The notes beneath the pieces were generated by a model, which did no database searches, was not told where the DNA came from, and saw only the letters and a program-made list of their open reading frames with translations. A DNA stretch of 63,777 nt, the filler included, from Circinaria calcarea (Eukaryota), in the NCBI GenBank assembly GCA_051942165.1. It is 13 parts of 13 records of this genome, joined end to end, with 100 filler letters (N's around TTAATTAATTAA, not from the genome) between each part and the next. Parts side by side here need not be neighbours in the genome. Positions count along the whole stretch, not along the records: positions 58,976 to 63,777 come from JAVECS010002171.1; 12 more parts are not named here. The stretch is one strand, 5' to 3'. Positions within the stretch are counted from its first letter, which is position 1. The number at the start of each line of letters is the position of its first letter. Below, piece by piece: positions 61,905 to 63,777 of the stretch. The translations under genes were made by a program, and so were the position numbers.

Positions 61905-63777
61905 TCACTGATCTGAGGAGCTTCCCACTGAGCCCGTTGAATAGCGGCAGAAATGGCATCGACAAGCAAAATCCTTTCTTGTACTCCTATAGCATGCCAC
62001 GAATCGATTCCTCGCTTGGGTCTGACTCATGTTTATAATTGTCCGACAAAAGCCGCACCAGAAAATGTTGTACTGGAGATCATAGGGACAGTCGGATCCT
62101 GGGCACGGGATATGTATAATACGAACAGTATTGAGTGTCTTGTGGTTGGCATAAAGGTGCTGATTCATAGCGACTTGAGAGGTGAAAATTTGACCGCATG
62201 TAACTGTCGAGTTCAGAATACTTGGTTTCTCGCATGCCCACAGATCCAGATCATTTTCATGCTCTGTCTCTTCATGTGTCCTCCATGACATGTGACTTGT
62301 AAATCTCTGAATACAACCGGTTCGAGTGCAAAGGTGAACTTTAGGCTGCTGCCATGAACGCATATTTAGTCCAGCCTTCATATGCTCAGCAACGTGAGAA
62401 TATCTCTGATCCCACATCATACCATGTACTTGACAAAATCCGCAGTCCCACAATTGCTCCGTTCCTGGGCAATGAATGGGCCTCTGCCACTTGGATATTA
62501 TGCCGCCGAGAAAGGCATTTCTGGTAATGGCGGTATCATGCCATCTGGAAACATGTTGGATCAGGTGGTCTTTACTGTCATACTTGCGATCCTTAGAAGG
62601 CCTTTCTAAGCAAGAAGAAATCCCATGTTCGTGCGTCAAATGGAATTGATCAGGGTCAGAAACCATGCAGAATAAGCAGTAGGTTTTCCCTGATTCGGTG
62701 ATATGTGCGCCTTCTGGCATACAGACCCATTCGGTCTGTGGTGCATGCTGTGACTCTTCATGCCGTCGCCAGTCGGACTTTTTGGTAAACGCCACCCAGC
62801 ACCACGTGCACTGAAATTTCTGGCTGGAATTTGACTTATGGCCACTTCGGATGACTGTTCGCTGTCGTCGCTTTCCTTTACGCCCTGACCATGAAGCATG
62901 AGAGCAGCCGCTCATGTCAGAGACTGCTGAGCTGGCATTGGATGAGCTGACATCTGACCACATGCCGCCCACCAACCTACTCCGCTTACTCCTTTCCCAT
63001 TGAGGAGTAATGGAAGCTCCTCTTTTGCGATCTGAATCTGTAGAAAGTTGTTCGGATTCTTGAATCTGGGAAAAATTCAAACGCCAATTTGCCGCAGACT
63101 CCTCATCCGTAAATTTCGGGAGGGCATCATAGTTGTTGCTGTTCATAAAGGTATCTAGCTCAGAAATCAGTGATTGGTTACTTGCCTTTTAGCAGACCTT
63201 GACGAACTCTGGACCTTTATGATAGGTCCTTCTAGATACTCGTCAAACCCCGATGATGATACTTGAGACAATGCTACTGGCGATAGCAAAGCATCTAGAT
63301 TTTGATCGGATTTTTGAAATACCGCTGGTTGAGTACCGAGAACCTCGAAAAACTCAGACTCACCACTACCGTGAGCATATTGTGTATTGCCTTCAGTCGT
63401 TGAAGAGAACTCCATGGCTGGGTCATGGAAACTAGGTTGGTGAAGTGTCAACATAGAGGTGTACCGCAAGGATACGGGGAGATGCTCAATCCACTCTTCT
63501 ACATCGTATTCCTTAAACTGCGGATATGGAGTCATTGGAACCTTATAAACAGCCCGGTCTAGCAAGCCTTTCTCAGAGTGGTCGGTGTGAGCTAGAAAGT
63601 CGAGATCGATGGAGCCACTCCATTCCGGATTTTCAGACTTGTCAAATTGTGCACCAACTCCAAGTCTCTCAATGGACGCATTCTCCGGACGTCTGTCGTC
63701 ATTTCTTAATGGAGTTCTACCTCTACCTTCAGAGCTAGATGAGCTTCCGCTTCGTTGAGGCTGGTTGGCAATTGGCG
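61905..63777 (-). CDS. Multi-C2H2 zinc-finger transcription factor (5' cut by contig edge, 3' end uncertain)
   Basis: FQCTWCWVAFTKKSDWRRHEESQH..WVC, KDHLIQHVSRWH, WDCGFC..WDQRYSHVAEH, WCGFC. Upstream exon at 63167-63565+. Confidence 0.8.

Noticed and set aside
1..63777. A gene cluster spanning the window (proteases, iron/oxidative-stress genes)
   Set aside because: Contigs are ordered by length, so neighbourhood across linkers is not biological.
1..63777. tRNA, rRNA, snRNA, riboswitch or telomere repeats
   Set aside because: No diagnostic motif found by eye. tRNAscan-SE and Infernal would be needed to exclude them.

Overview
This is not one locus. It is 13 unrelated assembly contigs of ~4.8 kb (4827 down to 4802 bp, sorted by length), joined by an artificial 100-nt linker (N44-TTAATTAATTAA-N44), so adjacency is meaningful only within a contig. 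Most contigs are filamentous ascomycete (Pezizomycotina) DNA with short GT-AG introns and CTAAC/CTGAC branch points. Recognisable genes: BCKDH E1-beta, Kch-like transporter, cytochrome P450, SDR, SPF30, Yap1/NapA, SRP14, CCC1/VIT1, GNAT, DDI1, RCE1, mitochondrial IF2, metacaspase, PEX20, SEC13, ARL3/ARFRP1 and a C2H2 transcription factor. The most unusual elements are: (i) a gene-less contig with eight near-perfect copies of a 29-bp hairpin-like motif in diverged, variable-length spacers (42151-43559); (ii) a miniature ApsB/Mto1-like protein with a new internal triple repeat; (iii) a non-coding tandem/inverted duplication complex with an internal micro-inversion (30970-34200); (iv) three MITE-like elements, one with a 9-bp TSD and two sharing a TIR motif; (v) several enzymes with altered catalytic motifs or lesions. 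All family calls come from motif recognition by eye; no database search was run.
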